From Harriotta raleighana (Eukaryota): a stretch of 64,000 nucleotides of DNA. The translations under genes were made by a program, and so were the position numbers. Below are positions 13,790 through 26,400 of this stretch, piece after piece. The first letter of the stretch is position 1; each line of letters opens with the position of its first letter. The notes beneath the pieces are model-generated. The model made no database searches, had not been told where the DNA came from, and saw only the letters and a list, made by a program, of their open reading frames with translations. Where the stretch lies: NCBI GenBank assembly GCA_050575255.1, contig JBNZDD010013707.1, positions 2,660,729 through 2,724,728 of the forward strand, in the 5' to 3' direction.

Positions 13790-16700
13790 GCTGCAAGAGA
13801 GATAACTAAAGATAAAGCTGAGCTGACAGAGCAAATTTCAAAGTGTACAAAGCAAAATGATTACATTGAAGAGGAGGCATTGACAAAATTCATGGTTTCC
13901 GCTAAAGACAAAAATGAAAATGAGCAGAAAATATACATAATCACACATCTGAATTCAAGCTGGAGGATGCCAGTCACATTTTTCCAAAACAACTGCTCAC
14001 TAACGTGAAGGATGATTCCAATATAAAATTGAATTCAACCAATAAATTAGATCCAAATTCCAGTTTCTGTGTGATTCAGAAATGATGGAGGATAAACTCA
14101 CAAAAAAGCAAAGCAACCAGGAAAAAAAGCAAGTTACTGGTACAAAGAGTAGGGTACAGTTACAGAAACTGCATGCATCAGGGGAGCAACTGGGAGCACA
14201 GCTGAATCCCACACAACAAAAGAGAAAAAAAGATTTAGCGTCTGTTACAGAAGAAATCACTGCAAATTTAAATATAAAATCTTTACAAACACAACTGATA
14301 AAAGTAAATGCAGAAAACAAGCTGAAGAATGACAGAATATCAGAGCTTGAAGGCCATATTTTTCAATTCCAGAAATCCCAAACTTTAAGAGGAACTGAAT
14401 CCCAAGCAGATCAAGGTCTTGACGAATGCAAAATTTTGGCAGAAAAATTGAGGGGATATGAGGTTATAGTGGAAGAAAAAGCTGAAGAGTCGAGGAGCTT
14501 GAGGAAAAAACTAAGTGAAATGGAACGGTCATATCAGCAAGTACGATTTGAATATGATGCCCTCAAAGACAAACTGGCCTCTGTGAGGGAACTGGAGTCA
14601 CTTGATTCTCACAGTAGTGAGGAGGAGACTGAACGTAATGGTGGCACTGCCAAATCAGAGCTACTTCAAAGAGTCAAGAACCTAGAAGGACTTTTACGGA
14701 TTAAAGAAATGAGTGAAAAGGAACTAACAGAAGTGTCGAAAGAACTGGAAAGCCAGCTCTCGCAGAAGAGGGAGAAAGAGAGGCTGCTTAACCTGCGTTG
14801 TGCCAAATTTGACCAGTTAACCAAGCAGAAGGAAGACGTGGAAAGGAAACTGGAGGAGAGGTACAGTCAGGTGGAGCAGATGCAGAAAGAGAGGGAAGAA
14901 TTGGAGGAAGAGAACCAAGAACAAATGAAGATGCTCCTCAATGAGATCAAGGAGAGGGATGAGGCTTATGCCCAATTTGAGATGATTAATAAAGACTTGT
15001 CAAGGAAGACAAGAGAAATGGAAGAAACCAGAAACTGTCTTGAAGCTAAGATTGACCAATTAAAGATGGACTTGGAGGAGGGTATACACAGAGAAGTGAC
15101 AATAAAAAAGCAACTTTCAGATCTAGAGCAAACTGTCCGAGATTGGGAACACTTTGAGCAACAATTAAAGGAGCAGTTTAAAAGAGTGGAGGGTAAGCTA
15201 AATACTAAAATTAAGAGACTTCGCAAACGGCTTGAGGAGAAAGATGAAGCTTTAGAAAGAAGCACACAGGCGATTGAGGAACTCAAGAAGAGCGGCAAGG
15301 AGGCAGAACATCTGCTTCATGAAAGACAAAAGATTCCTCCAGAGATTCTCCAAGAGAAGATGAAACTTGAGGAAGAGCTGAGCAGGATGGCAGAGGCTGA
15401 ACTGGTCAAGGCAGGATCCATTGTAAAGATGACAAGCAGGTTTGAAATGGAGTTGAGTAAAAAAAACAGAGAATTGGAAAAGTTTACAGATGAGATTGAA
15501 AGCCTGAATGAAGAAATTGGTGAACTGCAAGAGCAACTTAGACAACATAAAGAGTCTGAAAGGAAGCTCCAGGAGAGGAACAAGATGATGGAAGAGTTAC
15601 TACAAGATATGCAGGAAGGCGAGTCTAAGATGTTACATGACAAGATAACCCGAATGGAAAAGCTGCTGATGATGAAAGAAGAGACCGAGGAGAAACTGCA
15701 GGTGAGAATCGGCAAGCAGGTGTCCTTGCTGAAAGAAATGGCGGAGACTCAGAAAAGGCTGGCACAGCGTAACGAAGAGCTAGGTCTCAAGCAGCGAAGA
15801 CTGAGCGAGGATCTGCACCAATGGAAAGTCAAGTGCTCTGACCTTGAGAAAGGTGAACGGGAAGTGAGAAATGAACTAATATATCAGAAGGACCGGGTAA
15901 ATGAGTTGGAAGCAGCCAACAGCAACCTCAAGGTGCAACTTAGAAAGAAATCTCACGAATTTGAGGAGCTTGACTTCTTGAAGAAGGAAGAAGAACATCT
16001 GATGGCAGAACTGAACAAGAAAATCGAAGAGCTGGTGTTTAAGGAGTCCGTCTGCCAGGCAGAAAATGCAAGCCTAGAAACTCATTTGAAGAAGAGAACC
16101 AAAGAGTTGGAGGCTTCTGAGGAAAGCAACAATCACCTGAGGAAAGAACTTGAGAAAACACTGGAGGGCAAAGAGCACGAAGTGAAAAAAGTCAAAACCG
16201 CAAGTGAACAAGAGAGGAGAGTGCTGGAAACTCACCTGTTTCAGAAATCTCTGTTGATCACATCTTTAGAAACAATGATTCAAGAGGAGCGGCAACTCTC
16301 TGTTTCATTAAAGCACGAGGTGCAAAACAAAGAGATAGCTGTTAAGAAGTGGCAAGAGAAGTGGTTAGAGTTGCAGACAAGGATTCAGGGTTTCAAACAG
16401 GTATATGCAAAGTGCAGCATCTTTATTTGTGTTAAACATAAACATCATCTAAATGCTATTAGTTATCGCAGAATTATAGCATCACAGAAGTTTGCAGCAC
16501 ATAAAGAGGCCATTCAGCCCATTGCGTCTGCACCAACTCTCAGAGCAGGGTGTTCATTCAATCTCACTGCCCTGCTGTTTTCCCATACCCTCTCAAGCTT
16601 CTATCCTCCGTATATCTGTCTGTTTTCCACTTGAAAACTTCAGCTCGGTTTTAAAAATTCAATGGCACTACTCAAATGGGGAAGAGATGTTTTCCTGCTA

Positions 16701-19700
16701 TCCAATAATCTCCCCGAGTATTGGGTCATTCACTTCATGCCTGTTTGCAGGACATTCCAATTTGCAAATAGGCTGCTGTATTTGCTTGCAAAATTCCACA
16801 GTGGATAGAAATTCCCTATGAAGTGCTTTGAGATATTTTTATGTTACAACCGCTATATTATTATATAAAAATGAAGGACTAATATTACATTAATCAGTAT
16901 ATAATATATATCCTTGCATTTGATATAGCGCCTAGCCATGTTGAGATGTCTCAAAGAGCTTCACAGAATATATGTACAGTGTATTTGACTGTATATTTTG
17001 TGGGTGAAACGCGGCAGCCAATTGCGCACAGCAGTATCCCACAAACAGTAGTCGATTGATGATCCACGGAAAGCGAATACTCACGGAAACTGATCCGCCA
17101 ATCGATTAACAACTGGGTACCCATTTTCTGCTAGTTAAACAGAGGCATGTGGAGTAAGGAAAATTGCTTACTGTTTATTATATTGATTAGTGTGAATATA
17201 TTAATGTTATGTTAACCTATGCAGTAAACTCAAAACATTGAAATTTAAATAGTGTTTGCTGCAATTGCTTTAAAGTATTGTCTTGGGTCAATGGGCTCCT
17301 GCATATTCTTTGTGTGGATATTTGAAGCAAACTGCTAGCTAATATGATATAATACCAAATTACATTTGTATAGTGCCTTTCTTATTGGGGGGACATCCCA
17401 AGTCAGGGATTTGGACCTGAGCTGAGGGTTGGGAACTGGGAGCTCAGAGGATAGGGAGGGTAGGAAGGTGGCCAAAGACCAATACTAGATTATTTCCCAC
17501 CTGTTCATCTGCATTGCCGTGCCACAGCCACCTTGTGAGGAAGATTGAAGCATCTTTGCTGAACTTGCCACATGTGGAACTTACAAGCGTGAGACCTGTT
17601 TTAGAATCCAGGCAGATCAGGGCGAAACCTTGGGCAAATTTCCTTACTCCACACGCCTAACAATAATCCGTCCAAAACAAAACTACTATAATAAAATTGG
17701 TAATTTCAGTCCACGACTGTTTGTGGAATTCTGCTGTACGCAATTGGCTGCTGCATTTTGCCCACAAATAAACAGTCAATTCACTTTGCAGTATATTCTG
17801 TGAAGTGCTTTGAGACGTTGATAAGATATGAAAAGCACTATATCAAATGCAAGGATTATTATTATTATTTCCTCCGTTAATGTAACATTAAAACTGTGAT
17901 ACTTCCCCCTAGCTTAGGTAAGACCTGACAGAATGAACCTAAGCTCTGAAACAAGCTTGAGGTTTTGATTACCCTCCCAGCAAAACCGTTTCAGAGAGAC
18001 ACGATGAATTAAAATGAGACATGAAATATTTAATCTGGAACGTTACGCAATATTGGGTTCTGGAAGGCTGATACTCACGATTAGGACCTCTCATGTGGTG
18101 CCATTGTTGGAATCTGTTAATATTGCATATCTGTTTGTTAAATAAAACATGCAGTACTTCTCTTCCAAATCATGAATAAGTCAGTGCATCTTTCCCACCA
18201 TGCTGAAGAGCCTGTCATTTGAGCAGCAGAAAGTAGTAATCTGCGTTGAGCCAACCTGAAAGGCGAGCCTTTATTTAGATGCTGAAGAGTTCCCAGCTGA
18301 AGCACGTTCCATAGTGTTCTTGATCCCCAAAGTTCCCTTTCCTATAAATGGAGTCCTCAGTTGACCAAGTGAAGGAGATCAGTTACCATGTTTCCTCACC
18401 TAGTAGTGAAGGGCTCGATGTCCTCAATGTGAATGTGACCATTGGTACCTCCTGGACTTCACAGGACCTGGAGGAGGCAAAGATTGAACGGACAAGGCAG
18501 GCATCTCAGAACGAGCTTGACACCCTGAGGCAGAGACTGGAGGAGTGCATGCAGTCTGAGAAAACACTGAAAAAAACTATCAGCGACTTCATAAAAGCAG
18601 AGGCTGCTTTACAAAGCAGGTAAAGAAACTGTGCACTTTCAGCTGTTTTGAAACGGATGCAAACAGTATAACATTACCTAAGTGTTGCAATTGAGATGTT
18701 ATTTGATTGTTCAATGTCGGGTGTCAACCAGGCTCAGTTGGTATTGAGCTTGACTTTAAGACAGAGGGTTGTGTGTTCAAGCCCAAATGTCGAGACTTTT
18801 GAACTCACAGTTTAGCTGACACTCCCAATACAGTGCTGGGGGTCTGATTCATTGCCTGAGGTGCTGTCCTTCAGATGAGTTGTTAAACCAAAATCCTGGT
18901 TGCCTGTTCAAGAGGATGTCAAAGATTGTATGGCATGATTCAAAAAGAGAAGGGAGTTATCATTTGTGACTCAATACACAACTGTTTGCGGAACACTGCT
19001 GTGCGCAATTGTCTGCCGTTTTTTACCGACAAAATATAGAGTCAATTCACTTTACAGTATATTCTGTGAAGTGCTTTGTCTAAAAGACACGGAAAGAGAT
19101 ATATCAAATGCAAGGATTATTGTTATTATAATCATTGACTTCATATCTATTTGTGGGTCATGCACAAATTGGCTGCATGGCTTGCTACAAAAAAGAGTCA
19201 CCTCACTTTACAGTGAATTCCTATGAAGCACTCTGAAACATGAAAGGCATTAAATTAAAAGTAAGGATTATTTTTTATCACTATGTGATTATACGGAGAC
19301 ATTGACTTGGGGAGCATTTGGCAATTTACAACGGATTACAAGAAATGTGCTTGGATGGCAAAGGAACAAATAACTTATTGTCATCTTAAGTCTCTTAGCA
19401 CTCTTTTTTTCCATTAGCTGACACCAGGTAATTGATCTAAATACCAGACAATGAACAACAGTTAGCATCCAGCAATTTTATGTGAGGTACCAGTTTGAGA
19501 ATGCCTGCTGATTGCTCACAAGTGCATACCTGCGGTAATACAGGCGTTCATGTAGATGTGCTGCACTAAGGAATTCATTGAGATGAAGGGAAGCAGTAAT
19601 AGAATATTTCTGAGTTATTTGAAGAGTTCACACAAGCATCACATGAACAACACCAGTGAGATTCATGTAGACTAAGGTGAAATGCAGGCGGTAAAACCTG

Positions 19701-20415
19701 TTGCTTCTAAACTGGTTCCATTTTTTTAATGTAGACAATAGTGCAAATTAATGTATTCTGGATTTCCAATTACTTGTAGAATGAAGCAGGTATCATATGA
19801 CCATGCAGGGGTTCTTTCTTAACTAGTGAGAGCTTCTGGTATAGGCAGCAGTAATACAGAGAAGGATAAAAGAGGAAGAGAAATAGAAATGAAGGAGGGA
19901 GAAAAATTTTTTTTTACTCAAGTTCCGTTGAGCACCCAGCCTCAGATGACTCATACAAGATGGCTTTGTGGGTTCAGTTCAGGAACATTTCTGACGGGAA
20001 AGGTTATAAAGGAAGTCAATAAGATATACTTCTGACATGATTGCGCTGTATAAATATAAATTGTATTCTATGATAAGGCATGTATAGTATTTATTAAAGG
20101 TGATCTGGAATATAAAGGTAAGGAGTTGCTTCTCCAGTTACATACTGTACATTAGTCATAATTCATTTTATTCCATTCAGTCTGGAGCTAATTTTAGAGA
20201 GGATAAGAAAGCTTTGGAGGGAGTCTAGTGATGGCTCATCAAATTAATACCTGAGATGAAGTGGTTCAGCTACAATTAGAGGCTGGCGTTATATTCCTTA
20301 CAGGGGAGGAGATTAAGGGTTAATTTGAACTAAGTAATTAAAATGTTAACAGGTTAGATCGTGAATGATTCTTCCCTCTGATAGAGTGATCCCTTATAAA
20401 GGGGAAGATGGATAG

Positions 20416-20447
<32 letters not shown>

Positions 20448-23400
20448 AATTACACTTATAGAGCGCGTTTCACGTCAGGAGGACGTCCCAAGGCGCTGGG
20501 TCAGAACTAAGGTCAGAGGGCATTAATTCACACAGATTGTGGCTCTTATTTCAGTTAAGATAAAAACAGAACACAAAAGTGCTGGTCATTTTGTTGATGT
20601 TCAGGAATGTAAAGTTGATGTTTTAATGTCAAAATGTCAAATTTGTGAATTGCAAACTACAGGTCACAATTATCACAACAAATCCAGTTTGCAAATCACT
20701 CAAATTGGACCCAGTTAATATTGTCACAGTGTAAAAGTGTACAGCTTCGTTGAGAGCTGCTGAATCCCTCACTATTCCCCACATCTTGCTGGAATGCCCG
20801 TGGTAACTTTTATTGAACTGTTTAGAATTCAAGACTTGGAAAGGGCCGAGAAGCAGCTACTGGGTAAAATAGATGAGCTGAATTCCAAGTCCCTACAGCC
20901 AGAAACCAATGATCCCCACCTGACAGGAAAACTCCAAAGTCTGCAGGATTCAGAACGAACTCAGACAGCTGTGGTAAGAACTTCATTTTCATTCCATTTC
21001 CTTCTATGAAATACAACAGCAACAATTTTGATTTATATAGCATCCTCTACGCCACACAGCGTCTCAGAGCCCTTCACAGTAACGGATCTCAGTCACCAGA
21101 AATCACTGAAATAATCCTGGTCAGACATTTGACCAGATGACAATGAGGCTTTGCTATGTCTGTCCTCAATGGGTGTTCCATTCCGACAAAAGTTTTTTTA
21201 AAAAACAATTGATGCGTTTCCAATCTGTGTTTTAACCGTTATCCTATTGCATAAACACTTGCCACAGTTAGTTAATGCGATGATCATCACAACTTCCAAA
21301 CTAGAATGAATGTAATATAACCTACAGCATACCCCATGATATTTTTATTCAAGTTTGTAGCCTTCTCTCTTACATGCATTGATTACTTTTAGATACCTTG
21401 ATTAATTTCTTATCTATGGCTCTCCTGCTTGATGTCTGTAGTTCAATGCTCTGAGACGCTCTCCTGAGCGCCTCTTGCTATATAAGTACAGAACGACAAC
21501 AATTTAAATAGCTTTCACATCGATAGGACGTCCCAAGACATGGTATTACAAGCTTTTTGTAAAGTGCTCCGAAGTGAGAGCTTGTGAGTGTTTATGTGAC
21601 TGGGACCCTACCCTGTGCTACATAAATGCAACTTGCTGTTGTTGTTGCTTGTGTGAGAGAAGCGGTGATGGGTTTTTGTTGACTAATAAAATCTTGGATG
21701 GGTTAGTATCACTAATTAGCTGATCTAATCATATTGTGTATGTATGTATCATATTATTGTGCTGGTTAACTCATCTCTCAGACAAAAAAGCATCATCTTA
21801 CCCGAGTAAAGGGGGGAATGAGTGAATTATTTAAAATAAAGGATCTAAAATAACTGTCCAAGAACAAACTCGTCTTTGAAAGCTTGTTTTAAAAATTACA
21901 TGGAATTCATTTTATTTTCATATGACAAGATCATGTTCTTCACCTACGATTTTATTTACAGGAGCGACACCTAGTGGTGTGTTCAGTGCAACTACAATTT
22001 ACACTGAAGGTACCACCAGGGATGAAAAAAACTTTAGCTCAATTAAATGTCTCAGCATAGAACTGTGCACAATGTTCCATCATGGAAATAGGCCATCCAG
22101 TGCTGGTGTTTTTACTCCAAGTGAGGCTCCACCCATCTTAGTACTCTTTTCCACACCCCTCTATTCCCTTCTCTCTAGGTGATTCATATTAATTTCTCTT
22201 GTATGTCGTTTCTGCTTTTATAGATAAATGTGACACTGTCAGTGAGACTGTTTGTGTAGAGTAGAGGAGTTTAACACTGACAGTGACTCTGTATGTATAG
22301 TAAGGGACTGTGACACCAACTGTCAGACTGTGTGTGAAATAGAGGAGTGTGACACTGCCAACAAAAACAACAAATTACATTTGTATAGCGGCTTTCACAT
22401 TGGGAAGATGTCTCGTGCTGGACAATGCTGGATGTGCACCTGAGCTAATGGTTGGGATCAGGAGGGGTGGAGGGCAGGGAGGATGGTGGTAGAAGGGTAA
22501 ACAAAAGCACGGTCGAAGAGAAAGGTCTTGAGATTGGCTTTGAAGAAGCAAGGGAGAGGCTGAGGCAAAGNGATTGTTGGTGTGAAGTTCGAAAGTTAAA
22601 GGTCCATCTACCAATGATGGGGTGTGCCAGATGGAGGATGTGGNTCTCAGTTAAAGGTCCATCTACCAATGATGGGGTGTGCCAGATGGAGGATGTGGAG
22701 TAGGCCAGAGTCCATTGTGGAGGGAGTGGACAGGCGGGTATTAGATTAACAGGTCACAGAGTGACATAAGTTTTTATTGTGTACTGATCTTTATACTGTA
22801 TTTGGAATGTGGTCCCCTAAACCAAATTCCTGTTGAAACCATCCTGTTTCAGACCCCGTTATACACACCTTCACCATTTTTTTCCAGCTTGCAGAACGGG
22901 AGAGGGCAGATGCGGTTGTGAGGAGGAATCTGTGGCACTTGGAGAACCAGCTGAGGACGAAAGAGGAGGAGGTGAAGAAGCAGTGCAAGTACTTTGAACA
23001 TCACCAACAGAAGCAGCAGCAGCAGCTGGCAGAGCTGAGGGAACGCGAGCACTGGATGCAAAATCGGGTTTACGAGCTGGAGCGAGGAATGGTCGAGAGC
23101 AAAGCCACCAATGCAGTGCTAAGAGCTAAGCTGCAAAAGGCTACAGCAAAGGCCGCCATTGAACTCCCTGAGGAGGGAAGTTTTCCGCTGAATGAGTTGG
23201 ACGACGTCAAGAACCACATTGAGACGCTGGAGCAAGACCTGAAGAGGATCCTGGAGAGGGAAGAGGCCGGAGACCAGGAGAAGGAGAGGCTCCGCCACAG
23301 CCTCCAGCAGGCAGAGGACAACGAGGACTTCCTTGGCCACAAGCTGGAGGACTTGCGCTCGAGGATCCAGCAGCTCAAGCTGTCGGAGGGTAGTCTACAG

Positions 23401-26400
23401 GAACAGGTGGAGGAGCTGGAGGGCGAAAGCCGCAAGCTCAGAGCAGAGTTGGAAGCCAAACAGGAAAGTGAAGAGTACCTGAGGGAAGTGCTGGAAGAGA
23501 ATGAAAAACTGAAGCTTTTAGTGGAGGAAAGTTGCCAACCACCTGAAAGCGCACTGGTAAGCACACAAACATCAGTAAGCATCACTTATTGGGAAGGTTA
23601 AGTACAGTAAAAGCCCGTTTATCCGGCATCCTTGGGACCTGGCCAATGTCAGTTAAACGCCTTGCCGGATATTCGGTCGAATATCTGACTCCGAAAACCC
23701 AACACCCCAAAAATTAACTTATTTTAACACTTATTAATAATAGACTGAATAATAACAGATAATAACAGACCTTTGTTATTCACCTAAAAATTACTTTTGC
23801 TGGTAGATGACTGGTTTGAAGCCATGATGCTGGGGTACATGTGTACAGTCTATTGATAACTTCCGCAATGGCGGACTCGACATAAGGGAAAAAAACTGCA
23901 GCGCCACGTTAAGGCACTACTAGCAGCATTAAATACCGATACAAGGGGAATAAATGCTCCACCGCGATTATGCCGGATAAGATCCGGTTATTTGAATGGG
24001 GACCTTTTTTTTGAGGTGTTAAGTTACGGTTGATCGCGTCACGGATAAACAGGCTTTTACTGTATTAGAATACACTGCTTATCATGTCTTCCCTTGCTGA
24101 AGTGTTGTCATTTCAAAAGACTCCCGTCATCTTATTTTTTCCTCTTAACAATTTTTCAACTCCAATTTTCTCGACTTGTCTATCCCATTAGGTGGAATTT
24201 CATGTCTCTAATGTATATATACTCACACACATGTGTGTATATGTACATAATGCCCATTAATGGTCTATGGATAATGATCAACAATCATCCACTTCTTAGC
24301 CTTGGGCACTAAGGCCAATTTTAACACCTCAGTTGCTGCCCCAGCTGAGATCAACAACTGAGCACACACTGGGAGTTGAACCTACAATCTTGGGTCTGTA
24401 TGGACTAGTGCTGGCCCAGGTATTTATTTGCCTTTAACCAGTGGAGCTCCTGTGGCTCAGTGGTTAGAGCACTCGCCTTACATGCCTTACAAGCATGAGG
24501 CTTGTGTTCGAATCCAGGCAGATCAGGGCGAAACCTTGGGCAAGTTTCCTTACTCCACATGCCTAATAATAATCCCTCCCCAAAAAAACTACAATAATAA
24601 AATTGGTCATTTCAATCCATGACTGTTTGTGGGACACTGCTGTGCGCAATTGGCTGCCGCGTTTCGCCCACAAATATACAGTGAATTCACTTTACAGTAT
24701 ATTCTGTGAAGCGCTTTGGGACGTTGATAAGATGTGAAAAGCGCTATATCAAATGCAAGGATTATTATTATTATTATTACTCTTAACAGCAGTGCTTCAA
24801 TATGGACTGTGCTTCATGACTTTTAACTACACAGAGAAAACATGTGTTACCTGCTCTAATGCAATCCTGTTTATTGTCTGTTCTAGAATGATAGTGAACT
24901 CCACTTCAACACAGGTGAAATGCAGCTAGATCAAGACATTGCACAGAAGGTGAGAGTAAAAGGCATCTTCTGCACATGACTCGTGTTTACTCCCATTTCT
25001 GATCACTATGAGATTGTAATTTAGAGAATTCTGCAGTTTCTTGTTATGATTTTATTCACACTTGTCTTCCGATCACATATTTAGGGATAAATGGGTCATT
25101 CCCGAATTGGCAGGATGTAACTAGTGGAGTGCCACAAGGCTCAGTGCTTGGGCCTCAGCTATTTACAATTTACATCAATGATCTAGACGAGGACATTGAA
25201 TGTAATGTGTCTAAATTCATGGATGACACTAAACTAGGTAGGAGAGTGAGCTCTGAGGATGATGCAAAAAGATGACAACAAGATATAGATAGGCTAGGGG
25301 AGTGGGCAAGTAGGTGGCAGATGGAACTTAATGTGTGGATATGTGAAATTATTCACCTAGGTAGCAAAAATAAAAAAAAGATTATTTTCTAGAGGGGGAG
25401 AGGTTAGATAGTGTTAGTATTCAAAGGGATTTGGATGTCCTTGTCACCAGTCTCAAAAAGTTAGTTTGCAGGTGCAGCAAGCAACTAAGAAGGCGAACGG
25501 CATACTAGCGTTCATTTCAAAATGTTTAGAGTACAAGAGTAGGGAAGGCTTGCTGCAACTGTATAGGGCTTTGGTGAGACCTCACCTAGAATATTGTGTG
25601 CAGTTTTGGTCTCCTTATTTAAAAAAGGACATACTTGCCTTAGAGGCAAATGCAGCATAGATTCACTAGGTTAGTTCCTGGGATGAGGGGACTGACCTAT
25701 GCGGATAGGTTGAATAAACTAGGGCTGTATTCTCTTAGAGTACAGAAGAATTAGGGGGGATCTTATTGAAACATATAAGATTCTTAAAGGCCTGGATAAA
25801 GTAGACACTGAGGGACTGTTTCCCCTGGTAGAAGAATCTGTAACCAGGGGTCACAGTCTTAAAATTAAGGGTCAGCCTTTTAGAACAGAGTTGAGGAAAC
25901 ATTTCTTCACTCAGAGGGTAGTGAATTTATGGAATTCACTACCCCCCAGAAGGCTGTGGATGCTCAGTCCTTGAACATTTCCAAGGCTGAGACTGATAGA
26001 TTTTTTTTAAAATAGAGGGATTAGGGGATATGGGGATAGGGCAGATAATTAGAGTTAGGTCAGAAGATCAGCCATGATCATATTGAATGCTGGGGCAGGC
26101 TCGAGGGGCCGAATGGCCTATTCCTGCTCCTAATTCTTATGTTCTTATGTTCTTATATTTAAGATGTGATGGCTGGGGAAAAAAAACAGCTCAGGAATAA
26201 GGTTGGAAATAACAGCATTCCTGACTTTTCACTGTGTGATTTCTATTGGCACAGTAAATAAAATGCAGTTATTTGTATCAGTGCTCAAATACGTCAAATC
26301 ATATTGAATTCATGACTGTAATTTTTAAGCCAGAATGCTATTATGCACCTAGGGACTGAATATACTTTGTGCAATTGAAATAAATGGTTCTTGCCGCAAG

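Noticed and set aside
14966-15715. Minus-strand Ser/Leu/Phe-rich ORFs (also 23070-23585 and 33375-34386)
   Set aside because: Antisense shadows of the Glu/Lys-rich coiled-coil exons.
22230-22360. Loose repeats of gtgacactg / agaggagt
   Set aside because: Degenerate low-copy tandem repeat with no constant repeat-spacer structure; not CRISPR-like.
22598-22700. Short tandem duplication within an L2 fragment
   Set aside because: Split by a single n; assembly artefact.
24441-24540. tRNA-like sequences with A and B boxes (also at 30723, 35836, 46831, 53330 and 56203)
   Set aside because: Each runs into the same SINE body and tail, so they are SINE heads and not tRNA genes.
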